Source of the DNA: the human T2T-CHM13v2.0 reference genome, Homo sapiens
Assembly (NCBI RefSeq): GCF_009914755.1
Contig: NC_060939.1
Length of the DNA: 64,000 nt
Direction: 5' to 3' (one strand)
A program made the translations under genes and the position numbers. Below the pieces are notes generated by a model. That model made no database searches. It saw only the letters and a list, made by a program, of their open reading frames with translations, and was not told where the DNA came from. Shown here piece after piece: positions 25,153 through 39,115 of the stretch (positions are counted from its first letter, which is position 1; the number at the start of each line of letters is the position of its first letter).

Positions 25153-27439
25153 ATCTTTTTCTTGCCCAATCAGCCCTTTTGTGATACAGCAGACTCTTTG
25201 TCTCTGATGTTCAAAAACAGAAGAAGATTTCTTTGTGAGCAGCTGTGACAGGGCCTTGCACCTCTCCAAAGCCTATTTTGGAAGAATTAGAAAGCAAAGT
25301 GCCCCCAGCACAGCCCTAACCTTTCAGCTTTGGTAAGGTCTTCCTGTCCAACTCTAGCAGGAGAGTATTAGCCAAGTTGTGTAACTTTCCAGGAGTATCT
25401 GTAAAAATTAGCAATTGAGGATGTGTTAATCACATTAAATAACATAATAGGGATCCTTTTTTATTTCATTAGAAAATCAGAATGCATTTGATGTGCACCA
25501 TCTGGTTTGTGAATACAGGAATAAGTTTTCAAAAGGGCACATTTCCAAGTTCTATGTTTCATATGCTTCAGAAGGAAAAACCTGTAAGCAGCTCTATTTT
25601 TAATGAGAGCAATGGTAAAGCTAATAAGATTGGGGTGGATTTCTAGTATGTGCCATTTCTCCTAAACTACATGTGTTTGCAATACGTTTGGCAGAAATGT
25701 CCTGTTGAGAGGCTGGGCTTCCAATTGAAAATTTTAAAGTTCTCCATGTGTTAATTGGAAAATAGAGAAAGCTATCATTGTAGTAGAGCATCTGGCTTTC
25801 TAGGTATTAACTATGGGTCCATCTACTCATAAAGACTAGTATTTTAAAGTTATCTCCTGTTACTTACTATGTTAATTCTAGAGACTGTAAGTTTCAGATC
25901 ATAGAAAAAGTCAAGTTAAACTTCATTATGTATTGTATGCTTTTTAAAAATGTCTTTTAGATGCAGTCGCTGTTTGTACATAATAAGCAGAAACAAAATA
26001 ATAATAAAATACCAGATTTACTATTGCTACCCCCATATTGAGTTCTTAAAATATATTTTTTATTTAAACAAAAATATAGCTCTGGAATGTAGTCATCTTA
26101 CTCTATGAAACAGAAACATATTTGGATCACAAACCTGCTTTAGAGGAGTAATTCCTTCAGTTTCTTCCATAATTCTTACAATTCTATACAGTAACAAACA
26201 GGATTTGTGAGGCAATATAATGTTCTTCTTAACCTCTCAGTAATTGGAGGCATCTTCTGTATGTATTCCACAAGTCCAGCTCATGCTGATGAAGGAAGTA
26301 TAATTACATTACAGGCAATCTCATCTAAGGTAATTACAATTGTCACCGTCAATCCAATTAAACAGGATAACTAACTCTACTGAGTCAGAAGCACCATAAA
26401 GCTTTCTGACTAAATCCAGGCTTTGGGATAAGGATGTGATTAGAATTCTGAGAATTTTCATTTGCTAAAATACTGTTGTGTATACAAATAGATAACAATG
26501 CTGGGAGGGGGGCTTGTGGGGAGAGATTGGATACAGGTAGACTTTTTTTTTTTTCATTTACTGATCAATTTCTTATTTCTAAGCCAGAAATCACTGTAGA
26601 TTCTTGGCATCAAACTTCAGGCCACACAACATCATTATGGAAAGGTTACCCCAGCATCACAACATCCTAATGCTCTACTGTTCCCATCTGGCCTCTTGTC
26701 CTGAATCAAGCCTGGATCTCATTATTGCTTCAGAGACCTTTCATCTTGTTCCAGTTGTAAAGATGCAAAACACCATCTCCTGAGCTCCATCCCTGCCTTT
26801 GCAGGATGGAAGAAGTTGGCTCAAGTAACAGTCCCCCACCCCCGAAACTCTTGCAATGGTTTGTACAGGGTCACTGTGGGAGGCAACGTAGAACATCACT
26901 AAGAATTACAGAGGTGTAATGACAAGTGGATAGGATCCACTTCTCAAAGATTTCACCTCTGTCTCTATAGTCCAGGCAAGAGGATAAGCTTTGGATAACA
27001 GAACTCAGAGAATGAGAAATGGAAATGATATTGGGCACTGTGACTAAGATTGATAAAGGGCCCAAGTGAGATGGCGTATGCTTTCATTGGATGGTACATT
27101 ATGTGAAGATACTGGTGTTTTCTTTATGGTTTTTCATATATAAAGAGATATAGGAGATAAACTTCTTCATCATGGGGTAGGAGGGGAGAATTTGCAATCT
27201 GATGTCAATGGCTCCCTTAGTCACCCGTGACTCACCACTCAGCATCATCTCTCAGAAGCCCACACCCTGGCTTTTCTGTCCTGTAGCTGGGACCTTCTGC
27301 CTGTCTCCATTTCTTCCTATGTGTTTTTCATCCCTTTCACACTCCTTGCCACTCGTGGATGCCTCTTCTCTTTGTCCCTATAGGAACTTCCAATCCTGCT
27401 TTAGAACTTACTCCTTCAGGAAAGCAACTCTCACTGAAG

Positions 27440-27720
27440 TGTGGGAGCGGAGCAGAGAAAAGACTAGGTAGGAAGAGAGCCGAGCTCAATTTTATATTCC
27501 ACAACTAACTGGTTCTGACTTTCTCAACAAGTCGCCAAAGCTAGCTGAGTCCAAGTTCCTCATCTGTAAAATAAAGATGTTACCATCTGTCCCGCCAACC
27601 CCATTTTACTTAATTTCATTGTGCGTGTCTAAAATGAAGTTATAAATGTGCGAAAAGTCCCTCGTAATTTATAAATTCCATACAAATTTGAGGGAATATA
27701 TATAATTATTATTATTATTA
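27440..27720 (+). mobile_element. MIR/MIR3 SINE
   Basis: gttcctcatctgtaaaataaag core; catacaaat...ttattattatta 3' end. Confidence 0.7.
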
Positions 27721-28747
27721 AGTCCCCTCCCCCTCGCCCCGATTATTTCCTTCTGTTGATTCCTGCAGCCCTTGCAATTTAAATGGTACTTCTAAAAATG
27801 CCCTCTTTTATTTCCTGGTGTATTGTTTCTGTACTTTCTGTTTCCTTTTGAGTGTCTAAGAACCCAAAGGCTGGCACTATGTTGCTTATTTCTTTTCTGT
27901 TTTTCCTAACATTTAATTTATTTTCTGACCCCCTGAGATGGAGTGATGTGTCGAGGCATTGCATTGTGTTTATACCCTCTTTTGTTTTCCTCCCATGACT
28001 GCAAGCATACAGCCCAACTTAGTCTTGAAGAAGTCAGGCTGCAGCATCAGTTAACGAGCATAGAAAGGGCCCAGGTAGGAACCGGAGGCAGAGGCCTTCT
28101 GTGATGCTCTTGGCAATGACTAAGACCATGGCCTGACCCTTGGAGATGGAGAGGAGGGAGTCTCATAGTGCTTGAGATTGGGTTTCTTGTCTTTCTGAAA
28201 GGATAAAGATCAAAAACCGAATTAATTTGACTTTAAAAAATAAAGAAGAGAGACATTTCTTTCACATCCAAGTTTGTGGACTAAAGCTTTACATAAAGAA
28301 AGTGCTTAACACGTAATTGTTATTACAGTATGTAATACCTAAAAAGACTCTACAATCCATCCGGTCCGATAAACTTAAGAGAAAAATAAAGCCTAGAAAG
28401 TCTTAAGCTATTTCATTTCTTAGGGGTAGAAGTGGGTATCCTTCCACTACTTATTTAAAGACAACTAAACAGGGATATGCTAATAGCTTCAATTAAAATT
28501 ATGGAAGAAGTAGTCCAGGAGACGTCTTGAAACTTGAAACTTTGTCAAATTGAATTAACTATTTTAAATACTCAGAATTTTCATTAACATACAATATATG
28601 TTACACTTACAATATTTGTTGTGTTTGAAATTCAGAGAGTAATTTGTTAGATTCTTTCTCTTTTAAAACTCTAGGATCCATCCTTGGTGGATTTTATGAC
28701 AATGCCTGTAAAATGGAGTAGCTATAAGGAATTATTCACTGTAATAG

Positions 28748-29018
<271 letters not shown>

Positions 29019-29389
29019 TCACTGTAATAGTTATCTACTGCTGTGTAACCAATATCCCTGAAATTTCACAGCTTAAAACAAACACATGCTGTCTCACATA
29101 GTTTCTGAGAGTCAGGAATCTGAGAGTGGTTTTGTGCAAGGTCTCTCAGGAGGCAAATCTAAGATGTTGGTACCTCAGCCATCTGAATGCTGGGCTGGGA
29201 GTGGAGGGTCCACTTCCCCAAGGGCTCATTAACATGGCTGTTAGCAGAGCCCTCTGCTTCTCATTATCTATTACTAGGAGGCTCAATTCCTTACATGTTC
29301 GCCTCTCCATAGGCCACTTGAGTGTCCTCAAGACATGGCATCAGATTTCTTCCACAATGAGTGATCTGAGACAGAGAGAAAGGATCAGA

Positions 29390-30484
29390 TAGGAAAAGAG
29401 AACAAGCAATAAATCTAAGAGGCTTTTACTCACACCAACCAACTCGGACACCAACTGGGTGTCCAACAATTCTATTCAATTCTGATACCAATTCCCAGAG
29501 TTAGTGCAGACACCCCTGGGTCAAGGGCTTAATCCCACAAGACTGCCCCTACTTCAGATGCCAACTGCAGATGGGGTGTCTAGGCTACCTTTCAGAGAAC
29601 AGCACCTCCCCAACTCGGACATTTCCCCAACCACATCCCCGATCCCCACCAGGCAGCCCAGGATCAATAATTTGCTAGAATTACTCACAGAACTCAGGAA
29701 AGCACTTTACTTGCTATTACAGGTTTATTATAAAGGATACAATTCAGGAACAGCCAAATGGAAGAGATTCATAGAAGGTATGGGGGTTGGAGGCTTCCAT
29801 GCACTCTCCATGTGCACCACTCACCCAGCTCCTCCATGTGTTCACCAACCCAGAAGCTCTTCTAAACCTCCATTGTTTAGGGGCTTTTTTGGAGGTTTTA
29901 TTAAGTAAGCACAATTAATTACATCACTGACCATTCAAGATTAACTCAATCTCTAACCCCTTTTCCCTGGACCTGGAGGTTGAGGGTTGGGGCTGAAAGC
30001 TCCAAGCTTCTAATCAAGGCTTGGTCTTTCTGATGACCTGCCTCCATCCTGAAGCTATCTAGAGGCTTGCTAAGAGTTGCCTCATTAGAACACATATGCT
30101 CCTATCACCCTACTACTTTTTTTATATATATAGAGACAGAGGGGTGGTGCAGGGTAGATTTAATTTACATAGTAGCAACTCAGGGGCCAGTTAGAGCTGG
30201 CAGAGTTGGGGAATCTATAACCCTAAATGGCATCCCTCCTCCCCTTCCCCCTTGGAGACCAGTCCTTACATTTGGATGGGGCTCTCTGGGTTGTAAAGAG
30301 GATAGTCCATTTTAAAAGAGAGAGAGATCTGAGAATAAGGCTGTCTCCAAGTCAGGGGAAGTCCAGGCCTGGAGATAGTTCTCTGTGTGGTGTTCCAGGG
30401 GTTTGAGGGAACAGGGGTTCCTCAACAGGAGTTCTGTGCCAGGCACTATGGACAAAGATAGAATGTCTTTCTTATTATACCACA
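29390..30484 (-). mobile_element. MER21-family LTR
   Basis: gacaccaactgggtgtcc...tcacagaactcaggaaagcactttactt...ctgtgccagg...cttattataccaca. Confidence 0.85.
30111..30426 (-). pseudogene. Candidate retroposed mRNA 3'-end fragment (parent unknown)
   Basis: Non-MER21 insert; minus-strand ATTAAA (30159-30164) ~27 nt upstream of an A/(TA)n tail; parent not recognised. Confidence 0.45.
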
Positions 30485-31309
30485 AAGCCACAGTACCTTT
30501 TATGACCTAGCTTCAGAAGTGACATGCCATCACTTCTGCTGTATTCTCTTGGTCACAAAGACCAATTATGATACATTGTAGGAGGAAACTGCACAAGGAC
30601 TTGAATACCAAGAGGCAGGAATCATTGGAGCCCATGTTGGAGGCTGGCTACACATCCACCATGATTTTTCTTCCTTTATCCACAGATGTTTCAAGGAAAT
30701 CTGGTGTCCTTTTGAATGTGGTTTGAATATGCTCATAATGTGATTCCTTGGCTAAATGATGACATGTTATCTATTTACATTACTAAACTCTTGGTGGCCC
30801 TTGCACATGTGAGCTGTTGAAACAAAAGCTTGCTTGAAATTCTCACAGGAATTCTCAAGGCCTGAAAATGGGCTATGTGTCCCATTCAGACTTCTGAAGG
30901 CAACCTCTGGCAATGGAGAGATGCCTGGCCCAAACCACAGGACCTGGGCTGCACTAATACTCTTGCTGCTGAATTGTGCCATGACCTCCAATTTCCCATC
31001 CTTAAGATCCAAGAATCAAGGGAGATGATCTACATTGAACCTTCTTGTGCCAAATTAGAAACTAGCCTAAGAAGGCTTAAATAAAATTGTTTGAAAATTA
31101 TGATAAGGACTTGATCAGATAGATACCTTTTGGTGAAGGTGAGATCAAGGATCTAGGAATATGTTTAGTAGATTTGTAGAACTTACATTTCTTTTTAAAA
31201 AGAAGTTTATTAAAATCATATATGACTTCCCCAGTCAGTCACCACATACTCTAATTGACCCATAAAATGTTATCTCTGGCATGACACTTTATAATTGACC
31301 AATATGGTT

Positions 31310-31485
31310 AGATCACAGATCATATAACTAACAAGCAGCCTTAGAAATTTCCTACTTTCTCAATTTATAGACAGACAAATGGAGGTTCATCAAGATTAAT
31401 GACTGTCTCCAGGTGACAAAGCAAGCTAGTGGCAGCAGCAGCATGTAACTCAGAACATCTGGATCCTTGTCCCTTTCCACCTACC
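31310..31485 (-). mobile_element. MIR SINE
   Basis: atttatagacagacaaatggagg...ccaggtgacaaagcaagctagtggcag. Confidence 0.65.
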
Positions 31486-34400
31486 TACTATACCAAGTAG
31501 TTGGTGTGTATTTCCTCTATCACTCTAAGTAAATATCTACTTACCTTTTATTTAAAACAAGCAAGCAGACAGTTTGAGAAGGAGAGCATTATTGGCTTGA
31601 AGGGAAAAGTGCCAATGTGTCTAAGAAAATATTTTCATTTAACAGTGCAGGCCTAATTAAGATTCAGCCCTCTGTTTTATAAGTCTTGCAAATGCGTAAC
31701 CTTGTTCTTATGAGAAGCTGTTTTGGAGAACCATGAAATATGGGCTTGTAGCCCATTTACATTGTACTCTGTGACATGTGAGGTATTGATGAAGCATTGG
31801 AAGGGGTACACTGGCCTTTCTTTAAAGAGAGAGAAGCTGGTGGAAGATAAGTGATAATTCTGCAGACAGGCAAAAGGCCTAGGGAGAGGATGCCAGGAGT
31901 ATGCTGGGCTTCTGCCAAACATTTCTTTGGCCACTTTGTTTTCCTGTCATTTCTCTTTGTCTTATCTTATCCCTTTCAAAGCTTTTTGCACTGTCTGTTA
32001 TAACTGTGGTCATAATTTGACCTAAGAGAGTGCTGTATATTCTCCACCCTCAAGATTATTATTTAAAAGTTTTCCAGCTTACATGTAAACGAAGACTGTT
32101 CTTTTTGCAGTCAAGATAATATTATTATGGAATGGTTCATTTGTGTGCCGAGTGGGAGTAGACTTGAATTTTCTGCCGTTTCCTTAAAGGAACATGATGG
32201 TAATTTACTTACTTAGATGATTTAAAAGACATAAAAATATTTAATCCATAGATTACTGATTCATAAACTTCTTTACCTCCTCCTCTGTCACTGGCAATTA
32301 TATTTTCTAGATTAACCTAAATGAACTATTAATGACCAAAAACTGGACTAATTACATCTACTGGGGATGGTTTTACTTTTAGAGGAATTTTCATCTGTAG
32401 ACTTCAACAGTAGAAAATGAGCTTCCTCCTTACCTGTTTTGGTGAGGAGAAAACAGTTGTACAATACCTGATTTGCTAGATTTTCATTAAAATTGCAAAG
32501 TTACCAACTGTTATCTGGTGGAGGAAAGCTACTTTTTTTGCTTTTCCTCATTATTCCCTTCATAATTTCTCTTCCCAGTTAAAGAGCAGTGTTTCAAGAA
32601 CTCATAAGCATCAAATCACCTCCTATATTTGGGTATGAACATATATATGCCATTACCTATTAATGTATATTATGTGTAAATCATATATGTATATATAATC
32701 CTTATATAATATTTTCTCTGGATCCAAATTCAACAATAATTCAATCTCCTTCTGCCCAAAATCTGAAGTATATGTATTTAAATCATACTTTCAGCACCTT
32801 GTTTCTGGTACAATTAAATGGAACATTTGTAATGTTGAATCCTTTTACCTTTGAATGTCATTGTAATCTCCAGTAATTTCCTACAGGACCAAGCTATAAA
32901 TTATACAAAAATAAGCATTAATACATTTTACTCCTTGAATTATTACGGAACACTCTGCTTTTTTCTAGCCTATGTTCATATATTTGATTCTGGTTCACAC
33001 ATTTATAGAAAACATTATAGGTGAGAATTCAATGTGTTCTTCCTATATTCATTGAACTTACATAAACACTCAATACAATAGCTTAAAGTTGTATCATGAA
33101 TTTTCACTGACTGTCAGACTTGGGACATTTAAGTGACCATATTAGTTGTGCCATAACACGGATTGTGTAACAAATAGAAGAATGGAGTAACCATAGGGTT
33201 TCTGTCTGTAACTTTTGCGTCTATGTTACCTTTACAGCCCATTACATAGATCTTAATAAATAAAACACTTGTAAATGAAATAAGAAGATATAGAGGGAAG
33301 GATATGAATGTATACCATGCTGCAGTGGAAAAACCATGTTGAGATATATATTTGGGGCAGAATTCACTAGTTTATTGTGACCAGCATGTTCCTACATGTT
33401 TGGAGCTTGATGTAATGTACAAATATGAGTCTACAAGTTTAAAAACAGAAAACAGAAGACTTTTCAGTGGCCAGTTTTTTCTGCCTATTTAGGTACGTAT
33501 TCGCTTAAGCTGCCCCTAAATTGAGGAGCAACTCCCTTAAACATTTGAAGGTACATATACGCAGGTCTTAATTGACCCCAAAGGAGGCCTTTGAACTTCA
33601 CTGCTTCTAAAACATATTTAAAATTTAAGTCTTTCTGCACTAAAATAGCATATATATGTGATGTGTAAGTCAAAAGGCTTACTAAATCTTTATCCCCGTA
33701 ACCCAATTAACCTGGATTTATGCCCTACTTGCTCATGCAGGAAGTCCATAACTGTAAATGTGCCCCTCTCCAAGTCCTCCCAGGCACTCCCAGGTGATAC
33801 CGCATGTGTACTCAGAAGCAATTTTCTCAGCACCTGCATTTACTTTACTTGAGGCTCCACCAGGAAGGACACCCTCTCCCACTGCCTGCCACTGCCCCTG
33901 TGGCTTCAGCAGCCCTGCTGCCTTTTGCAGCATCCATTAGGTGCTGCATGTGTGCTCTGTTCTGCCTAATGACCCTGTCTTTCTTCCTGCTCGATCCAGC
34001 CTGGTCATTATCTCCTGGTGGCTGCTTTGAGGATATCCAGACTGTCCAGCAGCCTGCAATAGAGTGAGGAGAATTGATTTCTTCTGTGGTTAAAGAGGGG
34101 TCTTACTAAGGAAGTATTTCTTGACTCTCAGTGAGTTAGACAGTTTAACACAAAGGTTCTATTTTTGCTTCTAGCCCTTTCTTCCTCCAGGACCTAGCCA
34201 CGTTTCAGGATACAGGCCGTAGGCTGACTTCCTACTCTTCACCAATGCCTAGGAAACGTATATAAGCAAGATTATCCCCACTGGCTCTCTCTTCCATTAG
34301 GGTGGGTTCTTCCCAGAAAGATAATTAGTGCCACAGCCTAACCCTTCTAGACTTCTACTGGACCACCACATAAGTTCGACACACATGCCCAGCTTTATTT

Positions 34401-35156
34401 GAATTCCAACAGTGGATTCACCTTTAACCACATCTCCTCATCCTCAAGAAAAACTCTGGGCTCTATTTGAATACATGTTTTTTTATGCCCTTAATACCTG
34501 TGTGATGAAAAGTTGCAGACATGTCTAAACCTTAATGATGAAGAGTAACAGGCTGAAGCTCAGGCAAACGCCCCCGCCACCATGTGTACATTTATCATTT
34601 TTCACTCTTTTGAAGAAATCACTTTCATCATCTGCTTCCTTCCTAGATATATCTCACTCATTCGGAGTATAATAATTTAGTCTTGGTACCATTTTTCTTT
34701 TCCAAATTCTTAATATAAGTAGCAATACTCTATGCTAAAATATTGAAAAAAGAAATTTTCCCAGCACTTACGTGTTTTTCCACAGCTGAAAATATAGTTA
34801 ATAAGCTGCAGAAATGCCCAACATGATTGTTTCCAAAGTAGAGAGCAGAATGAAAGAAAGCAGGACAGGAAAGGAAACAGATACTACTGTAGCTCATTTT
34901 GAAGTGGATTAAGTTATTTAAGGAATGACTATATGTTATATGGCAGTTAAAAAGATTTTAAAACAGCTAGATATGCTCAGAGCATATGTCTTTACATGGC
35001 AAATGGCACACAAATGACTGAGGCTTTATCGTCATTCCTAATGTAGGCAGCACCTAGTGGTGAGAACATATGAAATCCCAGCCTAAGGAGGCAACAGCAA
35101 AGGCACCTGAGTCAAGGTTGCACATAATTGATTAGCCTACCCACTGCCACCGTCCT

Positions 35157-35157
<1 letters not shown>

Positions 35158-35201
<44 letters not shown>

Positions 35202-35220
35202 TGCACACAAGCACACACAA
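35158..35220. repeat. (CA)n microsatellite
   Basis: About 19 perfect AC units plus a degenerate extension. Confidence 0.97.
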
Positions 35221-35439
35221 ACATGTAGGAGTCTAGGACTTAGTTACAGAATCTGTGCTACAGATACCAGTCTTTACATTTGTCTACATTTCAGCTGCAA
35301 GATACCTTGCCTTTTTTATACCCTACATGTCTAACAATAAATGATTTAGTTATGACAACATGCTATCATATGTATTAAAAGATTTTGCAATACATTTTTT
35401 AAAAATGGGAAAATAGTCACAATTTTTAAAATTTGGGAA

Positions 35440-35647
35440 AATACTCAAGCCAAAACATTAAGTGAAAAACCAGATTATAGCACTTTGTATACAATATAAC
35501 GAACGTGTGTGTGTGTTTATATGTACAAAGTACACAAAATATACTTATCATTAGGCTGACGTAATTACAGGGAATGTTTTTGATAGATTTTTCTATAGGG
35601 TCCATATTTTCTGTAATGAACATACATTAATTTGATAAAGAAAAAAT
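35440..35647 (+). mobile_element. Ancient L1ME 3' end fragment
   Basis: ttaagtgaaaaaccagatta...ttttctgtaatgaacatacattaatttgataaagaaaaaa. Confidence 0.55.
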
Positions 35648-37339
35648 GTGGCCTTGTATAGAAACGTAAATCTTAGAACAATGTTTACAGATAGTTAAGA
35701 CGTAAAGGATTAGTGCAAATGTCACAGTCCTGGAGCACTAGAAAAAGCATTAAATAGTTTGCAAGGAAGGAAAGCTTATCCCATAAGAGCCACTAAAGTG
35801 AAAGTTGATAAATCAATGTCAAAAGTTATGTTTTTGGAGAGACTGTGGTTTTGATTAAGCTGAAACAAAGTGGCCACATTGAAGTGGAGCCAGTGCCCGA
35901 TGGAAAATACATGTAAGAACTGCTTAACAGTGGCATTGAGAAAAAGGTGCAGAAATAAAGATGCCAGGTGAAAATAGAGTGTGAGGGAATGAAGGGGAAA
36001 TGAATGAGAACAGAAAGGAGAGATGTGAGTTTCTGCTCCTTGGCTTTATCCTGAGTTTAGAAAATCATGTCTATAAAGTGGAATTAGTTGGTTAGGAGTT
36101 GAAGCTGATTGGTAGGCATTGGAATGGTTGTTCTGGAGAGAATGATATACTCTCCAGAGTATAAATTTCATAGCAAAAGCAATGCTCTTTATGCTGCCCC
36201 TGAGGCCATACCATTGTCCCTTTGCATGTTTGGATTTGTAATTGGCCCCTTAAAAGAATTGAGCCTGCAGTTTGGTGACCAACCTAAGGGCTCATGGTGA
36301 CTAAGACAGAACTTTCTACTGAGAAAATAAGCAATTTTGAGAACAAAATACAAATACAATGCAATCATCAGTCCCTTGCCTACCTAAACAGAAGAAATTC
36401 AATGTATTTCTTCCTTTGGGGCAAAGTTAACACAGTACATTATTACATTAGAGAGTAATGCCGTTAAAAATCGGTGAGGTGTAAGAAGCTCTTATCCAAA
36501 ATGATGCCATGAGGGCTAAGGTTGTAGATACCTCATGCTCCTTTTCATAGTTATTACTTCTTTTCTCTAATTTCCTGGATTTCTACTGTGGTTTCTCACT
36601 GTCTCTAGTGGTCCCCAAACCCCTCTCATTTGTTCCTTGCATTGTATCTGGGCTTAGAAAATGTGTCAGAGAGAAAGGGCTCAATGAACTTTCTTGTGAA
36701 TGAAGGGTATGGGCTTTAGCACTCAGACTTTTATGAAGATGGTTTTGGCAACTCAAAGGCCTTGTTTATTTTTTATTTTTTATTTTTTTTTTGGTGTCTG
36801 GAATGTTGAGATTGACAAATAGGTGAGTTATTATAAATGAAATGATATCAAACAATTGTTCTCTTGGCAACTTGCTATAAATCTGCAACTTTTACAACTT
36901 CTTTTCTAGATCTTGTAGTTAACAAATGCCTTAACAATGCTAATGTAGAATTTAAAGCATAGAACACATTTCAGAATGTTGTAAATGTTTTTATGAAAAA
37001 CATAATGTTGGTGAATTTTAAACTCTGTGGAGCCTACCATTAGACTTTATTTTTCCATTATTTTTGAGATAAAGAATACATCTGATTATTCTAAAATCTA
37101 AGGAACTTCAAATATGTACCTCTACATAATTTGGAGCTAAATAACTGTTTGCAATCACAGCATTGAGAAAGCCTCTACCCCCACACATACACCGTCACAC
37201 AATAATCATATTTCACCTCAACTCACTCTATCCTACACCTTCAATTGGTGGAAGGGTAGGTTTGAGCCTCATTTATTCATTCATTAGGTTACATTTTAAG
37301 TTTCCACTGCATTTTCAGCACTGTTTTAATGAATATTTC

Positions 37340-37530
37340 GTGCATTCCTCATCAAATATTTATTGAGCCCCTGTATGCATCAATTTCCTTCCAGGTTTTG
37401 AGGATACAGTAGTGAATGTGACAGACAAAGCCTCCTCAGTCAGAAAGCTTAAAATTCTCTCGGAGGAAGATAGCAAACAAATGCACTCATAATACAAAAA
37501 TTACCAGGTAGTGCTCAGTTTTAGGGTGAG
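37340..37530 (-). mobile_element. L2 3' fragment
   Basis: caaatatttattgagcccctgtatg...gaggatacagtagtgaatgtgacagacaaag. Confidence 0.75.
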
Positions 37531-37661
37531 ATACTAAGATGAGTAACATTTAACATTTTTCCTTTGTCATCATGGTGCTTACAGGACAAATTGTAAGTAA
37601 AGAAAATATTTAGAAGTACAGTATATCTGGACCATTCAGAGACCCCCAAAACTTTATTTTT

Positions 37662-37958
37662 TAATTTTTTTTTTTGAGACGGAGTCTCACTCTGTCACCC
37701 AGGCTGGAGTGCTGGAGTGCGGTGGCGCGATCTCAGCTCACTGCAAGTTCCGCCTCCCAGGTTCACGCCATTCTCCTGCCTCAGCCTCTCCAAGTAGCTG
37801 GGATTACAGGCGCCCGCCACCACGCCCAGCTAATTTTTTTATACATATTTTTAGTAGAGATGGGGTTTCACCGTGGTCTCAATCTCCTGACCTCGTGATC
37901 CGCCCGCCTCGGCCTCCCAAAATGCTGGGATTACAAGCGTGAGCCACCGCGCCCAGCC
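37662..37958 (-). mobile_element. AluY with the 12-bp left-arm deletion (Yd/Yc-type)
   Basis: caccgtggtctc in place of caccgtgttagccaggatggtctc; TSD actttattttt at 37651-37661 and 37959-37969. Confidence 0.93.
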
Positions 37959-38749
37959 ACTTTATTTTTAAATGAATCTTATTCTTTCAAGGAATATTTA
38001 AATTTAGTACCATTTGTACAACTTAATGCCATTAATACTAAGTGACAGTTAAGCCTTTTTATATCCAGTTCTAATTCATTACAAAATGTCAGCTACCCTG
38101 TAAGTAGAGAGGCCCCAAAGATCCCATTACAGAAATCTAAATAAAATAAAACAAAGCAAAAAACAAATGATGAATGAATCAGGTGAAAAAAAGAAACACA
38201 CACACAAACAACCTGCCTCAAAACATAGTTACAAAGTGCGTGCCCAAACCACTTCCCTGGCATCTCTCTGGATGATCAAGATTCGCAGTGTCCATTGCAA
38301 ACACCTCATGCAGCACACTTAGGAGTTTTGTCAGCTCCCTCCAGTCATGGCAGGCAATACATAACCATTCAGATGGTTCAAATGGGTCAACATTGCTGCT
38401 GTTTGTTGTATCAAGTGCCAAACTCCTTCTTTAAGTTGACAACCCTCATTTAATTCTTTGCAGTTCAAATCCCTCTTTCTCTCCAGCTTCTTGTTCCCCT
38501 CTGAAAGAGCTGAGCTTCCTGTCTAAAGTCATTTGGATCCCAGCTGGAGACATGAGACCTTATGCAGTCAGCCAGTCAGTCCCTCCTCCCAGCTCCAGTG
38601 TCTTTTACACATCTATCTTCATAGTCCTTCTGATCTCACTAAGTACTTTGGTGCACGTATCAACTCCCCAGTATAATTTGTGTTCCCTAAGAGTTCCCAC
38701 CCTCCAGTCTCTGTAGATCCAGGACCTAGCATGGTTTAGGATCTACAAT

Positions 38750-38975
38750 CATTGAAATACAAGGCTTAGGAGTCAGACCCTTCTGGGCTTGAATTTAGAC
38801 TCTGCCACTTAGCATGTGTGACAGTGACAATTTACTTATTCCTTGGAGCCTCAGTGCCCTCATCTGGAAAATGGGGTTAATAACAATATCCATCCTACAG
38901 GTTTAATCTGGTGATTAAATGAGATAACATTTCTCTTAATGTCTGGCCAATTTTCGTCAATTATTTTTATTATTG
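38750..38975 (+). mobile_element. MIR SINE
   Basis: ggagtcagac...ctctgccacttag...gagcctcagtgccctcatctggaaaatgggg...gattaaatgagataa. Confidence 0.85.
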
Positions 38976-39115
38976 TTTCCTCCATACATTCAACAGATAC
39001 ATTTCTCAAGGCCCTAGTATGTGCCAACCACAACCTGTTAGGGAATAAGCCTGAAATGATTGGAACTCAGGGTGAATCCCAGGGGCATTCTAAAAATGTT
39101 TTCTTCAACCTAATA

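Noticed and set aside
35046-35064. CTCF-like motifs (also ~51326-51340 and ~51125-51140)
   Set aside because: Mismatches at core positions; cannot be called without PWM scoring or ChIP data
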